Of a DNA stretch of 64,000 nt, positions 16,661-26,978 are shown one piece after another. The position numbers were made by a program, and so were the translations under genes. The stretch comes from an uncultured Solirubrobacterales bacterium (GTDB lineage: Bacteria; Actinomycetota; Thermoleophilia; Solirubrobacterales; Solirubrobacteraceae). The stretch is taken from positions 307,804 to 371,803 of the forward strand of contig CAWBDC010000003.1 of assembly GCA_963787605.1 (NCBI GenBank). The letters run 5' to 3'. Under the pieces are notes generated by a model, which saw nothing but the letters and a program-made list of their open reading frames with translations, was not told the DNA's origin and searched no databases. Within the stretch, counting starts at the first letter, position 1. The number at the start of each line of letters is the position of its first letter.

Positions 16661-17033
16661 CGCTTCGGCGCTCGTAGAGTTGCTGCTGCAATCGGAGAAG
16701 GCGAAGAAGATCGAACAAGCGATCGGTGATGCCGAGCTGATCGCCCCCGATCTCGTGAACCTCGAGGTCATGCAGGTTCTGCGTAAGTTCGAGCTACGCG
16801 GCAAGTTGACAAGGGAGCGCGCGAGCAAGGCCGTGTCACGGCTCGTCGAAAGTCAGATCTCGCGATTCTCGACGCTGGCACTCCTGGAGGATGCGTGGTC
16901 CATGCACGACAACCTCACGGCCTACGACGCTTGTTATGTCGCGCTCGCGCGAGAGCACCGGTGCGAATTGCTGACGACCGATATCGCGCTGAGCCAAGCG
17001 CCACGCCTGAACGTGGCGATGACGGTGGTCTGA
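16653..17033 (+). CDS. vapC: PIN-domain VapC toxin
   Basis: VIDASALVELL, APDLVNLE, NLTAYDACYVALA, LLTTD. Confidence 0.92.
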   Translation: MIDASALVELLLQSEKAKKIEQAIGDAELIAPDLVNLEVMQVLRKFELRGKLTRERASKAVSRLVESQISRFSTLALLEDAWSMHDNLTAYDACYVALAREHRCELLTTDIALSQAPRLNVAMTVV

Positions 17034-17066
17034 CCGTCGCGCGCGCTGCGGACCAGTCTCAGGGTC

Positions 17067-17860
17067 TCAGCGCTTGTCGCGCTGACCCGCGTGCATAGCG
17101 CGGGAGATCTCATCCGACCCGAGCTTGCGAGCGACGAGCGCCGACAGCTCTGGCGCTAGACCGGAGAAGGCCGCGCCGACGCGCATGGGGATAGGGAGCA
17201 ACGTCGATCTCGGCGCGGTTGCGCTCGATCGCCTGGACGGCCGCGCGGGCGACGTCCTCAGGGCGTGCGGGTGCCGACGGCCGCTGGAAGGTCTACACCG
17301 GCGTCGGCAAACATGCCGGCGTCGCGGATGAAGCCGGGAAAGATCGCAGAGACGCCGACGCCGCTTGGACGCAGATCGGCGCGCAGCGCCGAGGCGAAGC
17401 CGCGCAGGCCGAACTTGGTCGCGTTGTAGATCGCGGTGCCGGGGGTGGCGGACTTGCCGGCAAGCGAGGACATGAACAGCATGTGCCCGTTGCCGCGTGC
17501 GATCATCGCCGGGGCGAGCGCGTGCGCGAGCGCGATCGGGGCGCGCAGGTTGACGTCGAGCGCGCGATCGATCTCATCCATCGTGAACGTCTCCAGGCGC
17601 CCGGACGCGGGCAGGGCGGCGTTGGCCACGAGGATGTCGACCTCGCCCGCGTCCCACAGCAGGCGATCGGTCTCGGCGGGGTCTGAGAGGTCAACGGCGA
17701 GCGTGCGCGCGTGCAGCTCGGCGGCCAGCGGCTCGAGCACCTCCGTGCGCCGCCCGGTGAGGATCAGCTTGCCGCCGCGCTCGTGCAGCGCGCGGGCGAT
17801 CGCCTGGCCGATGCCGCCGGTCGCGCCGGTGAGCAGGATGGTGGAGCCGGAGATCTGCAC
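17067..17860 (-). CDS. Short-chain dehydrogenase/reductase (frameshift near 17270)
   Basis: LLTGATGGIG, LVANAA, YNATKFG YxxxK. Confidence 0.92.
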
Positions 17861-17879
17861 GAGCTGGGAGCCTACGCCG

Positions 17880-18815
17880 ATGCAGATCGTCGCGCTGTTC
17901 GGCCCCACAGGGGTGGGCAAGACCACTGTCGCGGTCGCGCTGGCGGAGCTGCTGCGCGCACGGGGAGAGGACCCGGTCGCGGTGTCCGCCGACGCCTTGC
18001 AGGTGTATGCGGGATTGGAGACGCTCACCGGCGTGGCCTCGCCGCGGGAGCGCGCCACGCTCGAGCATCGGCTGGTGTCGTTTTTGCCGGTCGACGCGAC
18101 GTTCAGCGCCGGACAGTACGCGGAGCTCGCGCACGCCGAGATCGACGGGCTGCTCGCGGCCGGCAGACGGCCGATCGTCGTGGGGGGAACGGGTCTGTAT
18201 CTGCGTGCGGCGCTGGCCGAGCTCGACCTGCGCCCGCCGCCGCCGGAGGGCGTGCGCGAGCACTGGACCGCGGAGCTCAAGCGGCGCGGGGCGCCGGCCC
18301 TGCACGCCGAGCTGGCCGCCCGCGCGGGATGGGCGGCGGAGGGCATCGATCCGCACGACCGTCAGCGGATCGTGCGTGCGCTCGAGACGCTCGAAGCCGG
18401 GGAGCTGCTCCATCCGGAGACCCAGCCGCCCGACGGACCGTCGCAGCTGTGGAGCGAGGAGCTGCGCCGGCCGACGGTGCTGGTCGGCTTGACGATGGAG
18501 CGCGAGGCGCTGTACGAGCGGATCGACGCGCGCGTAGGGGAGATGCTCGCCGCGGGAGTAGAGGAGGAGGTACGCCGCGCCCACGCCGCCGGCGCGTCGA
18601 TGACCGCGCGCAAGGCGCTCGGGTTCGAGGAGCTGCTGACGGGCGAGGTGGAGGCGATGAAGCGGCGGACTCGCAACTACGCAAAGCGCCAGCTCACGTG
18701 GATGCGCAAGCTCGCGGGCGTGCGCACGATCGTCGTCACCGAGCGCGATCCGGCCGGCGTGGCGCGCGAGATCCTCGGGTACGTGGACTCCGGTGCGGTA
18801 GACACGGATCCATAG
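17880..18815 (+). CDS. miaA: tRNA dimethylallyltransferase
   Basis: GPTGVGKT, SADALQVY, VGGTGLY, TRNYAKRQLTW. Confidence 0.95.
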   Translation: MQIVALFGPTGVGKTTVAVALAELLRARGEDPVAVSADALQVYAGLETLTGVASPRERATLEHRLVSFLPVDATFSAGQYAELAHAEIDGLLAAGRRPIVVGGTGLYLRAALAELDLRPPPPEGVREHWTAELKRRGAPALHAELAARAGWAAEGIDPHDRQRIVRALETLEAGELLHPETQPPDGPSQLWSEELRRPTVLVGLTMEREALYERIDARVGEMLAAGVEEEVRRAHAAGASMTARKALGFEELLTGEVEAMKRRTRNYAKRQLTWMRKLAGVRTIVVTERDPAGVAREILGYVDSGAVDTDP

Positions 18816-18842
18816 ACTTCGGTCCGGAATGAGAGCCAGAAG

Positions 18843-19715
18843 ATGAGATTCGAGAAGTGGCAGGCGCTGGGCAACGACTACCTGATCGTCGAGCGCGACG
18901 AGCTTCCGTTCGCGCTCACGTCCGCGCGCGCGCGAAGGCTGTGCGCGGGCCACTTCGGCGTGTTCGCCGACGGCGTGCTCGAGCTGTCCCCGCCGACGGA
19001 CCCTGTCGACGTCGCGGACCTGCGCATCTTCAACCCCGACGGCTCCGAGGCGGAGCTGTCGGGCAACGGCGCGCGCGAGGCGATCCTGTATCTGCGCCGT
19101 CGCGGGTGGACGGAGGAGGACGAGTTCTCGATCCATACCGTCGCGGGCAGGATCCGCCCGACGATCACCGGGCCGGATACGTGCCGCGTGGACATGGGCC
19201 TGGCGAGCCTCAGTCTCGAAGGACTTTCCCACCGGGCCGCAGGACGGGCGGGGCGCGGTCATGTCAGACGAACGCTGTGGAGCTTCAGGCACGTGTCGAT
19301 CGGCAATCCTCAATGTGCGATTCATGTCGAGTCGCAGGAGGCGCTCGGGGCGCTCGACCTGGGAAGAATCGGCCCGGCGATCGAAGGCGACGCGCAGTTC
19401 CCGAACCGGACGAACGTGTCGTGGTACACAGAGGTACAGCCGGGCGGTCCGGGTCGTATTCGCGCGCGGATCTTCGAGCGTGGCGTGGGGGAGACGCTGT
19501 CGTCCGGTACGGGCGCGACGGGAGCGGCCGTGGCACACACGCAGGAACACGGTGAGGCGCCGAGGCCCGCGCATGTCACGGTGCTGCTCGACGGCGGCGA
19601 GCTGGAGGTCGAGGTGGGGGAGGAGCTGAGTGTGAATCTGACAGGCTGGGCACGACCGGTGTTTGAGGGTCGTCTCAGCGAGGAGTTCGAAAAGGAGCTG
19701 CATGAAACCGAGTAA
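18843..19715 (+). CDS. dapF: Diaminopimelate epimerase
   Basis: KWQALGND, FNPDGSEAELSGNG, GNPQC, FERGVGETLSSGTG (both catalytic Cys positions appear as Ser). Confidence 0.9.
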   Translation: MRFEKWQALGNDYLIVERDELPFALTSARARRLCAGHFGVFADGVLELSPPTDPVDVADLRIFNPDGSEAELSGNGAREAILYLRRRGWTEEDEFSIHTVAGRIRPTITGPDTCRVDMGLASLSLEGLSHRAAGRAGRGHVRRTLWSFRHVSIGNPQCAIHVESQEALGALDLGRIGPAIEGDAQFPNRTNVSWYTEVQPGGPGRIRARIFERGVGETLSSGTGATGAAVAHTQEHGEAPRPAHVTVLLDGGELEVEVGEELSVNLTGWARPVFEGRLSEEFEKELHETE

Positions 19716-20868
19716 ACGCCTGGACCGCATTCCCCCATACGCGTTCGCCGAGCTGGAGCGGAAGATCGCCGAGAAGCGCGCCGCGGGAGTGGACGTGATC
19801 AGCCTCGGTATCGGCGACCCCGACAGGCCGACGCCGGCGCTGGTGGTCGAGGCGATGCAGGAGGCCGTGACCGAGCCCGAGACGCACCGCTACCCGAGCA
19901 ACCGCGGGCGGGCCGACTTCCGCGCCGCGGTGCGCGACTTCTACGAGCGACGGTTTGACGTGAAGCTCGACCCCGAGCGGGAGATCATCCCGGCGCTCGG
20001 CGCGAAGGAGGCGATCTTCAACCTCAACCTGGCGTTTCTCGATCCCGGTGACTACGCGCTCGCGGCCGACCCTGGATATCCGGTCTACACCGGCGGCCCG
20101 TGGCTGGCGGGCGCAGAGCCCGTGCTGATGGCGCTCGAGCCGAAGCTCGGCTTCGTGCCGGACCTCGAAAAGATCGACGCGGACGTGGCGAAGCGGGCGA
20201 AGCTGATGTTTTTGAACTACCCGAACAACCCGACGGGAGCGGTCGCGCCGGCCGGGTTCTTCGAGCAGGTGGTCGAGTTCGCGCGCGAGCACGAGATCCT
20301 CGTGGTCCACGACAACGCGTACTCGGAGATCGTCTTCGACGGCTATCGCGCGCCCTCGTTCCTCGCCACGCCCGGCGCGAAGGAAGTGGGGATCGAGGTG
20401 TTCTCGCTGTCGAAGGGCTACAACATGACCGGCTGGCGCTGCGCGGTCGCGGTCGGAAACGCCGACGCGCTGGAGACGTATTGGCGGCTGAAGACAAACA
20501 TCGACTCGGGCCTGTTCGAGGCGGTGCAGCTCGCGGGCGTGGCGGCGCTGTCGCCGGACGCTGACGCGGAGGTCGCCTCGATGAACGAGCTGTACCTGCG
20601 CCGGCGCGACCTTGTCTGCGACGCGCTGCGCAAAATCGGCGTCGACGTGCGCCCGCCGCGCAGCACGATCTACGTGTGGGCGCCCGTGCCGGATGGGTTT
20701 GCGGACTCGGAGGCATACTGCGAGCACGTGCTAGAGCGCACGGGTGTGGTGCTCACCCCGGGCGCGGTCTACGGGCCCGCGGGCGAGGGCTGGTTTCGAA
20801 TCTCGCTGACGACACCGGACGACCGACTGGTGGAGGCCGTCGAGCGGCTGGGGGAGCTCGGAGGTTGA
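19702..20868 (+). CDS. dapL: LL-diaminopimelate aminotransferase (PLP class I/II)
   Basis: IPPYAFAE, SLGIGDPD, NYPNNPTG, HDNAYSE, SLSKGYNMTGWR; overlaps dapF. Confidence 0.85.
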   Translation: MKPSKRLDRIPPYAFAELERKIAEKRAAGVDVISLGIGDPDRPTPALVVEAMQEAVTEPETHRYPSNRGRADFRAAVRDFYERRFDVKLDPEREIIPALGAKEAIFNLNLAFLDPGDYALAADPGYPVYTGGPWLAGAEPVLMALEPKLGFVPDLEKIDADVAKRAKLMFLNYPNNPTGAVAPAGFFEQVVEFAREHEILVVHDNAYSEIVFDGYRAPSFLATPGAKEVGIEVFSLSKGYNMTGWRCAVAVGNADALETYWRLKTNIDSGLFEAVQLAGVAALSPDADAEVASMNELYLRRRDLVCDALRKIGVDVRPPRSTIYVWAPVPDGFADSEAYCEHVLERTGVVLTPGAVYGPAGEGWFRISLTTPDDRLVEAVERLGELGG

Positions 20869-20956
20869 CATTTATCGGGAGACACGTGAGCGTGTGCCTG
20901 CGAACGGCCGTAGTGGCGCCGGCCACCACACCTGCCGGCACTAGACTCAGAAGCGA

Positions 20957-22271
20957 ATGGATAGAAGCCGTAACGGTCGCACTACCGTCACCCACCGCTT
21001 GTCGAACACGACGAGCGACGGATCACAGCCCGAGCAGCGCGCGCGACAGCGCGCCTTTTGCATAGCCGCGCTGCCCGACGGAGACGACCTGGCCGAGCTG
21101 GGCGAGCTGTTGCGCACCGCCGGGGTGGCGGTCGTGGGGGCGATGGTGCAGCGCCGCGAGCAGCCCCATCCGAACACGTATCTCGGCCCGGGCAAGGTGG
21201 CGGAGGCGAAGGAGGCGGCGAAGGCGTGCGACGCGAACGTGATCGCCTGCGACGACGAGCTGACGGCGAGGCAGGAGCGCAACCTCGAGGAGGCGCTCGG
21301 ACTGCCGGTGGTCGACCGCACGACGGTGATCCTCGACATCTTCGCCGCGCATGCGAACAGCGCGGAGGGCAAGCTGCAGGTGGAGCTCGCGCAGCTCGAG
21401 TACAACCTCGCGCGCATGCGCGGGTTGTGGACCCATCTCGAGCGACTCGGCGGCGGGATCGGGACGAGGGGTCCCGGTGAGACGCAGATCGAGACAGATC
21501 GCCGCCTCGCGCGCGACCGCATCGCTGTGCTGCGCCGCCGTCTGGAGCATGTGAGGGGCACGCGCGACATCCAGCGCGCCGAGCGCGAGCGCGCGGCGTT
21601 GCCGACGATCGCCCTCGCGGGATACACGAACGCGGGCAAGTCGACGCTGCTGAACGCGCTCACGGGCGCGGAGGTGGGTGTGCGCGACCGGCTGTTCCAC
21701 ACGCTCGACCCGACGACGCGCACGCTCACGCTCGGGCGGACGCGCGCACCTGCTGACCGACACGGTTGGCTTCATCAGCAAGCTGCCCCACCAGGTGGTC
21801 GACGCGTTCGGGGCGACGCTCGAGGAGACGCGCCGCGCGGACCTGCTGCTGCACGTGCTCGACGGCTCCGCCGAGGAGGCGCAGATCGAGATCATGCGCC
21901 ACGCGGTCGAGCGGACGCTCGAGGAGATCGGAGCGGGGGAGAGCCCGCGGCTGCTCGTGCTGAACAAGATCGACCTGTTGGACGAGGACGCCCGCGACGA
22001 GCTGCGGCTGCGCCACCCCGACGCGGTGCTCTCAAGCGGCGTGAGCGGCGAGGGCTTGGACGAGCTGCGCGCGCGCATGGAGCGCGAGCTGGCGCACACG
22101 CTGCGCGCGGTCGAGCTGCTCGTGCCCTACGCCGACGGCGGCAGCCTCGCGGAGCTGCACGAGGCGGCGGGGGAAGTCGATCGCAGGGACACACCCGAGG
22201 GCGTGCGCGTGCGCGCGTTAGTGCCGGCGCGGTTGGTCGACCGCTTCGCCCGTTTTGCGGTCGCGTCGTAA
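20957..22271 (+). CDS. hflX: GTPase HflX (frameshift near 21735)
   Basis: EGKLQVELAQL, GPGETQIE, GYTNAGKST, FHTLDPT, DTVGFI, NKID. Confidence 0.96.
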
Positions 22272-22293
22272 TCGACACCGACGCGAAAAAGCC

Positions 22294-22620
22294 CTATCGG
22301 TCGTCCCCGCTGCCGGAGAGAACTCCTCGTTGCTGGCGAGAGAGAAGCTTGTCGAGGTTGGATTGGGCGATCTCGCCGAGGTCGAGCTTCAGCTCGCTGG
22401 CCAGCTGGGCCACGTACCAGAGCACGTCGCCGAGCTCCTTCGCCATCGCGGTGCGGCGCTCCTCGGTGACCTGGCCGCCGTCGTCGCGGATCGTCTTCTT
22501 GGCGTGCTCGGCCACCTCGCCCGCCTCACCCGCGAGACCGAGCGCCGGATAGGCAAGCCACGCCTCGCGCGGATACTCGGCGGTGCGGCGCGACAGGCGT
22601 TGATACTCGGAGAGGTCCAT
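22294..22620 (-). CDS. MazG-like NTP pyrophosphohydrolase
   Basis: GLAGEAGEVAE, ELGDVLWY. Confidence 0.9.
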   Translation of the reverse strand: MDLSEYQRLSRRTAEYPREAWLAYPALGLAGEAGEVAEHAKKTIRDDGGQVTEERRTAMAKELGDVLWYVAQLASELKLDLGEIAQSNLDKLLSRQQRGVLSGSGDDR

Positions 22621-22735
22621 GGGAGCGACTCTAAGGCAAGCGAGCCGGTCAACGACTCGACCCGCCGCAGCGAGTCGGGCGCGGGTATGGGAGGAGCCAC
22701 CTCCAAACGGCTTTCAACCGACCGACCGCGGCCCT

Positions 22736-23323
22736 CTACGCCTGCGGGCGGTAGCGAAGACCGTCGAGCGCGATACGCACGACATGCTGCACCTGATCCG
22801 GGTTCTCGGCTGGCATCCGCGAGATGCCGGCCAACATGTGGAGCACGTCTGCGAACTCGACGTCAGGCCGTACGACGCCGGCGTCCTGGGCGCTCTTCAC
22901 CAGCGGTTCGCCGGCGGCGAAGACCGTACGCCTGCACTCTTGGAACAGGGCGGCGTCCTCGTCGAGGTAGTTCAGGAGTTCCTGTGCGAGCGCCCGCTTC
23001 GTGGTCAGATAGCCGATCAGTCCTTCGCACCAGTCGCTGAGGGCGTTCCACGGATCGTGCTCGGGCTGCGAGGCGGAGCGACAGACCTCGTGGACCTCGT
23101 TGACATACAGAGTCTCGAGCAACACCTGTCTGCTGGGGAAGTGGCGGTAGAGCGTGCCGATTCCCACGCCAGCCCGGCGGGCGATCTCCTCAAGGGACGT
23201 CGATTCTCCACCCTCGGCGAACGCTTTGCGCGCGGTCGTAAGGATCTGCTCGTAGTTGCGTCTCGCATCGGCCCGCTTCGGAGCGATAGGCGCTGTCTGC
23301 GTGGGGGTTTGCGTTGAGTTCAT
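22736..23323 (-). CDS. TetR family regulator
   Basis: RADARRNYEQI, IARRAGVGIGTLYRHFP. Confidence 0.93.
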   Translation of the reverse strand: MNSTQTPTQTAPIAPKRADARRNYEQILTTARKAFAEGGESTSLEEIARRAGVGIGTLYRHFPSRQVLLETLYVNEVHEVCRSASQPEHDPWNALSDWCEGLIGYLTTKRALAQELLNYLDEDAALFQECRRTVFAAGEPLVKSAQDAGVVRPDVEFADVLHMLAGISRMPAENPDQVQHVVRIALDGLRYRPQA

Positions 23324-23341
23324 GACCCGTCTCTTGAAAAC

Positions 23342-23401
23342 CGGAGGATACCTCCGTATAGTACCGGAGGAAGCCTCCGAATATTCCGGAGGTAACCTCC
23401 A
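23342..23401. promoter_or_regulatory. Triple palindromic operator CGGAGG-N3-CCTCCG between tetR and MFS gene
   Basis: Units at 23342-56, 23365-79 and 23387-401 (last ends CCTCCA), period 23 and 22 bp. Confidence 0.85.
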
Positions 23402-23498
23402 CTTTAGCCGTGATCTCAGACATAGACAAGGTGATCCGCATGAACCCAGCTGCCGCACGATCCCTCGATCTGACCGCTTCCGGACCGGGTGGAGACTG

Positions 23499-24984
23499 AT
23501 GCGCCAAGGCTGGTTGGCCGGTCGCTATCCCGCCGCGGCCGCGATGGTGATCTTCGCCCTGGTTCCGTACCTCGGGCTCTCGGCGGCGCTGGGGCCGCTT
23601 ACGCCGATCATCGGTCGGCAGCTGCACATGAGCACGCAGACGATGAGCCTGGGATTCGGGCTGGCGAATGCCGGCTACGCCGTGGGTACCGTCCTTGCGG
23701 TGCAGTTCGCCCAGCTTCTGCCGCAGCGGCGGATGATGGTCCTCTACGCGGTGCTGCTGGTGATCGGGTCGATCGTGGTAGCGGCGGCGCAGGATCCCGC
23801 GATGTTCATCGCCGGGCACGTGCTGCAGGGACTGTGCACGAGCCTACTGTTGATCGCCGCCGTGCCGCCGCTGGCGCTCGGCTTCGGCTTGGAGAAGTTC
23901 CGCTGGACGGCGATGATCATGAACGTCTGCATCTTCGGGGCAGTCGCGCTTGGACCCGTCGATCGGCGGGATCCAGGCAGCGCCCACGCGTGGCGGCCGC
24001 TGTTTTGGATCGTCGCCGGGATCTCGCTCGCGGCGCTCCTGCTCTCGCTGTTGACATTCGAGGACGCCCCGCCCGCCGACCGGGACGCCCCGCGGGACCC
24101 AGTCGCGATCGGTCTGGCGGCGTCGGGATGCGCGGCCGCGTTCTTCGGCGCCTCCGAGCTGCTGACCCACCGCTTCCTCGGTCCGGTGACGCTCCTGCCG
24201 CTGATCGTCGGCCTGGTGCTGATCGTCGCCCTCGTCGTCAACCAGTATCGAAGCAGTCGCCCGCTCCTGACGATCCGCACGATGCTGACCAGCACGATTC
24301 CGGTCGCGGGGATCGTCGTGGCATTGTCGGCCGCGGCCGCCTCGGTCTCGGCGACGGTCCTCACCGCCGACGAGCTGGCTCCCCTACTATACCCCCCTGC
24401 ATCTTGGGCTGCTCTATCTCCCGAGCTGGGTGGCGCGTTGATCACGGCGGTTGCGCTGGGCATCGTGCTCAACAAGCGCCAAATGCACTACCTGCCGTTG
24501 GCCGGTATGGCGTTTCTGGCTGCTGGGATCGCAGTATTCCTGATCCAGTCCCCGCCCGGCGAAGCGCTCACTCTGATCGGCTCGGGGCTCACCGGAATCG
24601 GTCTCGGAGCGGCGGTTGCCCCGGCGCTGTTCGTCGCGGGCTTCTCACTCCCAGCCGCGAGCCTGCAGCGGGTATTCGCGATCGTCGAGCTCTTCCGGGC
24701 GGTGGCCGCGTTCATGATCGCTCCGCTGTTCGTGCACTTCGCCGCCACCGTCGGTCCCAACGCCAGAGCCGGCACCGACATCGCGCTGTGGATCGGCCTT
24801 GGTCTCGCGATCTCCGGCGCGCTCGTCCCAGTCGGTCTCTACGTGCTCGGCCGCGCGCGCCCGCAGAGCGCCGGATCTCGAGCGCTTCATGGACGGCGAG
24901 GGCCCAGCTTGGGACTCGCCGCCGCTGCTCGCGGGCATCCGCAACCACCCGCACCGCCAAGCGCTCGTCGAGGAGGCAGCATGA
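23499..24984 (+). CDS. MFS efflux transporter (frameshift near 24870)
   Basis: Many hydrophobic TM segments, GHVLQG motif; true C-terminus in another frame ends EEAA* overlapping the usp ATG. Confidence 0.88.
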
Positions 24985-25461
24985 CAACGACAAAGGACAT
25001 CGAAAGCGGCGCCAGCCCGCCACGGGGCCCCGTCGTCTTTGCCTACGACGGCTCCGAGCTGGCCAAGCTCGCGATCGACGAGGCCGGCCGGCAGCTCGCG
25101 CCGGGACGCCACGCGCTCGTCCTCACCGTCTGGCAACCGTTCGACGTCGGGTTCGTGCCAACCGCCGCGCTTCGACTCGACGCCGCCGAGATCGCCGACG
25201 TCAGAGACGCCGCCGAGCGGACGGCCGTCGCCGGAGCCTCGCTGGCGAAGACAGCGGGCTTCGAAGCGCGCAGTCTGGAGGCCGAGGCCGCCCCCACCTG
25301 GAAGGGCATCGTCCATGTCGCCGACGAGCATGACGCGAGCCTGATCGTGCTCGGCTCCCACGGCCGCACCGGGCTCGCCGGCGTACTGACTCGGAAGCGT
25401 CGCCGAGGCGGTCGCCGCGCACTCGCGACGCTCGGTGCTGATCGTCCATCGTCGCGACTAG
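24981..25461 (+). CDS. Universal stress protein (frameshift near 25393)
   Basis: VVFAYDGS, IVLGSHGRTG, GSV, VLIVH. Confidence 0.9.
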
Positions 25462-25470
25462 CTTTCGCAA

Positions 25471-26235
25471 TTAGACGCCCGCAGCGCGACATGCGCCGAG
25501 ATGGGCCTCGCGCTCCAGTGCGTCATCAAGCGTCGCAAGGCTCCCAGCTTCGACGCTCAGCGCGCGGGCGATCAGCCAGTCGGCGAACCACACGTTCTTG
25601 GGCAGGAGCGGCCCGTGGAGGTAAGTGCCGATCGTGTTGCCGTGCCGCGAGCCCTCGAATCCCGAGCGTCCGTCGTTGCCGTGGCCCTCGAGCACGCGCC
25701 CAAGCGGCTGGGCGTCATCGCCGAGATGGGTGCGCCCGCCGTGATTCTCGAACCCGGCAAGCACGCGTGTGGCGCCGTCGCCGTCGAGCGAGACCTCGAT
25801 TGCGACGTTGCCGATCAGGCGCGGTCCGGGGTCACGGACGGTGCGGACATCGAGCAGGCCGACGCCGGGGATCTCTTCGCCGCCGAGCGCGTAGGAGTGC
25901 CCGAGCAGCTGGTAGCCGCCGCAGACGCCGAGGACGATCGCGTCGCGGGCAGCAGCGATGCGCAGCGAGTCGCGCTTGGTCGCGATCACGTCCTCGGCGC
26001 ACAGGCGCTGGTCGCGATCCTGGCCGCCGCCGAGGTAGAAGAGGTCGTGAGCCTCCGGGTCGAGCGGGTCGCCGAGGCCGCTCGATGACAGCTCGAAGCC
26101 GATCCCGCGCCAGGCGCAGCGCTGCTCGAGCACGAGCAAGTTGCCGCGGTCGGCGTAGATGTTCATCAGGTCGGGATACAGCGCGCAGACGCGCAGCAAG
26201 CGGGGAGGGATGCCGGCGACGGGAGCGTCAGGCAC
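25471..26235 (-). CDS. gatD: GatD / CobQ-like glutamine amidotransferase
   Basis: LYPDLMNIYADRGN, GGGQD, GVCGGYQLLG, GFENHGG, GTYLHGP. Confidence 0.92.
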   Translation of the reverse strand: MPDAPVAGIPPRLLRVCALYPDLMNIYADRGNLLVLEQRCAWRGIGFELSSSGLGDPLDPEAHDLFYLGGGQDRDQRLCAEDVIATKRDSLRIAAARDAIVLGVCGGYQLLGHSYALGGEEIPGVGLLDVRTVRDPGPRLIGNVAIEVSLDGDGATRVLAGFENHGGRTHLGDDAQPLGRVLEGHGNDGRSGFEGSRHGNTIGTYLHGPLLPKNVWFADWLIARALSVEAGSLATLDDALEREAHLGACRAAGV

Positions 26236-26978
26236 GGAAGATCACCACCGTGCTGCCGACGTGATCGTCGGTCGGGGCTATCTCCTGGTGGGGAATCGGC
26301 TGCAACCCGGCCGCGATCGCCTCGCGCTCCAGCTCGGGCACGGATACGCGATCGAGCTCGACGAGATTGCGTTCGATCTCCGGTTCGACCGCCGGGCGTG
26401 CGATCCGGCGCTCACGTTCGATCACGGCCACGCGCTCGAGCAGGCTCACACGCAGAGCGCGGCTGGAGAAGAGGGTCCCGCCGATCCAGGCGGTCTCGGG
26501 GGCCGGTCCGGTGTCGCCGGCGGCGCAGTCGAACTGATCGAGCTCGAGCACGACCGCGCAGGCGAGTAGACCATCGGAGCGCAGGTGGGCGTGGGCGCAG
26601 CGCAGGAAAGATATGCGCTCGGCTGAGCCGCGCAGGAGCTGGAGCGTCTGCATCGGCACGAGACAGAGATCGAAGTCACGCCGGTCGAGCTCGAACGTCG
26701 CATGCGTCGGCACAGACTGTTTGCACGGGTAGATCAGTCGCTCGCGTGCGCAGCGCGTCGAGCAGCTCGGGGGCGAGATCGAGCGCGGTGACGTCGTGGC
26801 CGGTGCGTGCGAGGTCGAGACTCACGCGCCCCGTTCCGGCGCCGACGTCGAGAACACGTGCGGGACGATCGCCGTCCCGGGAGCGATCGGCCAGCGCGCG
26901 CCACAGCGGCCGGTCGGCGCTGTAGGCGCCGCACTCGAGGTCGTGCCAGACGACGTCGGCGGAGGAGGTCACGACCAT
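26228..26978 (-). CDS. Class I SAM-dependent methyltransferase (frameshift near 26700)
   Basis: WHDLECG, VLDVGAGTGRV, VTALD, FDLCLVPMQTLQL; overlaps murT and gatD. Confidence 0.85.

Noticed and set aside
17056-17070. GTCTCAG duplicated near the vapC/SDR ends
   Set aside because: Direct 7-mers with no partner TGAGAC; one overlaps the SDR stop codon.
23256-26264. 1002-aa MFS-USP fusion ORF
   Set aside because: The true MFS C-terminus is in another frame, ending at 24984 with an ATGA overlap; the rest is antisense shadow of gatD.
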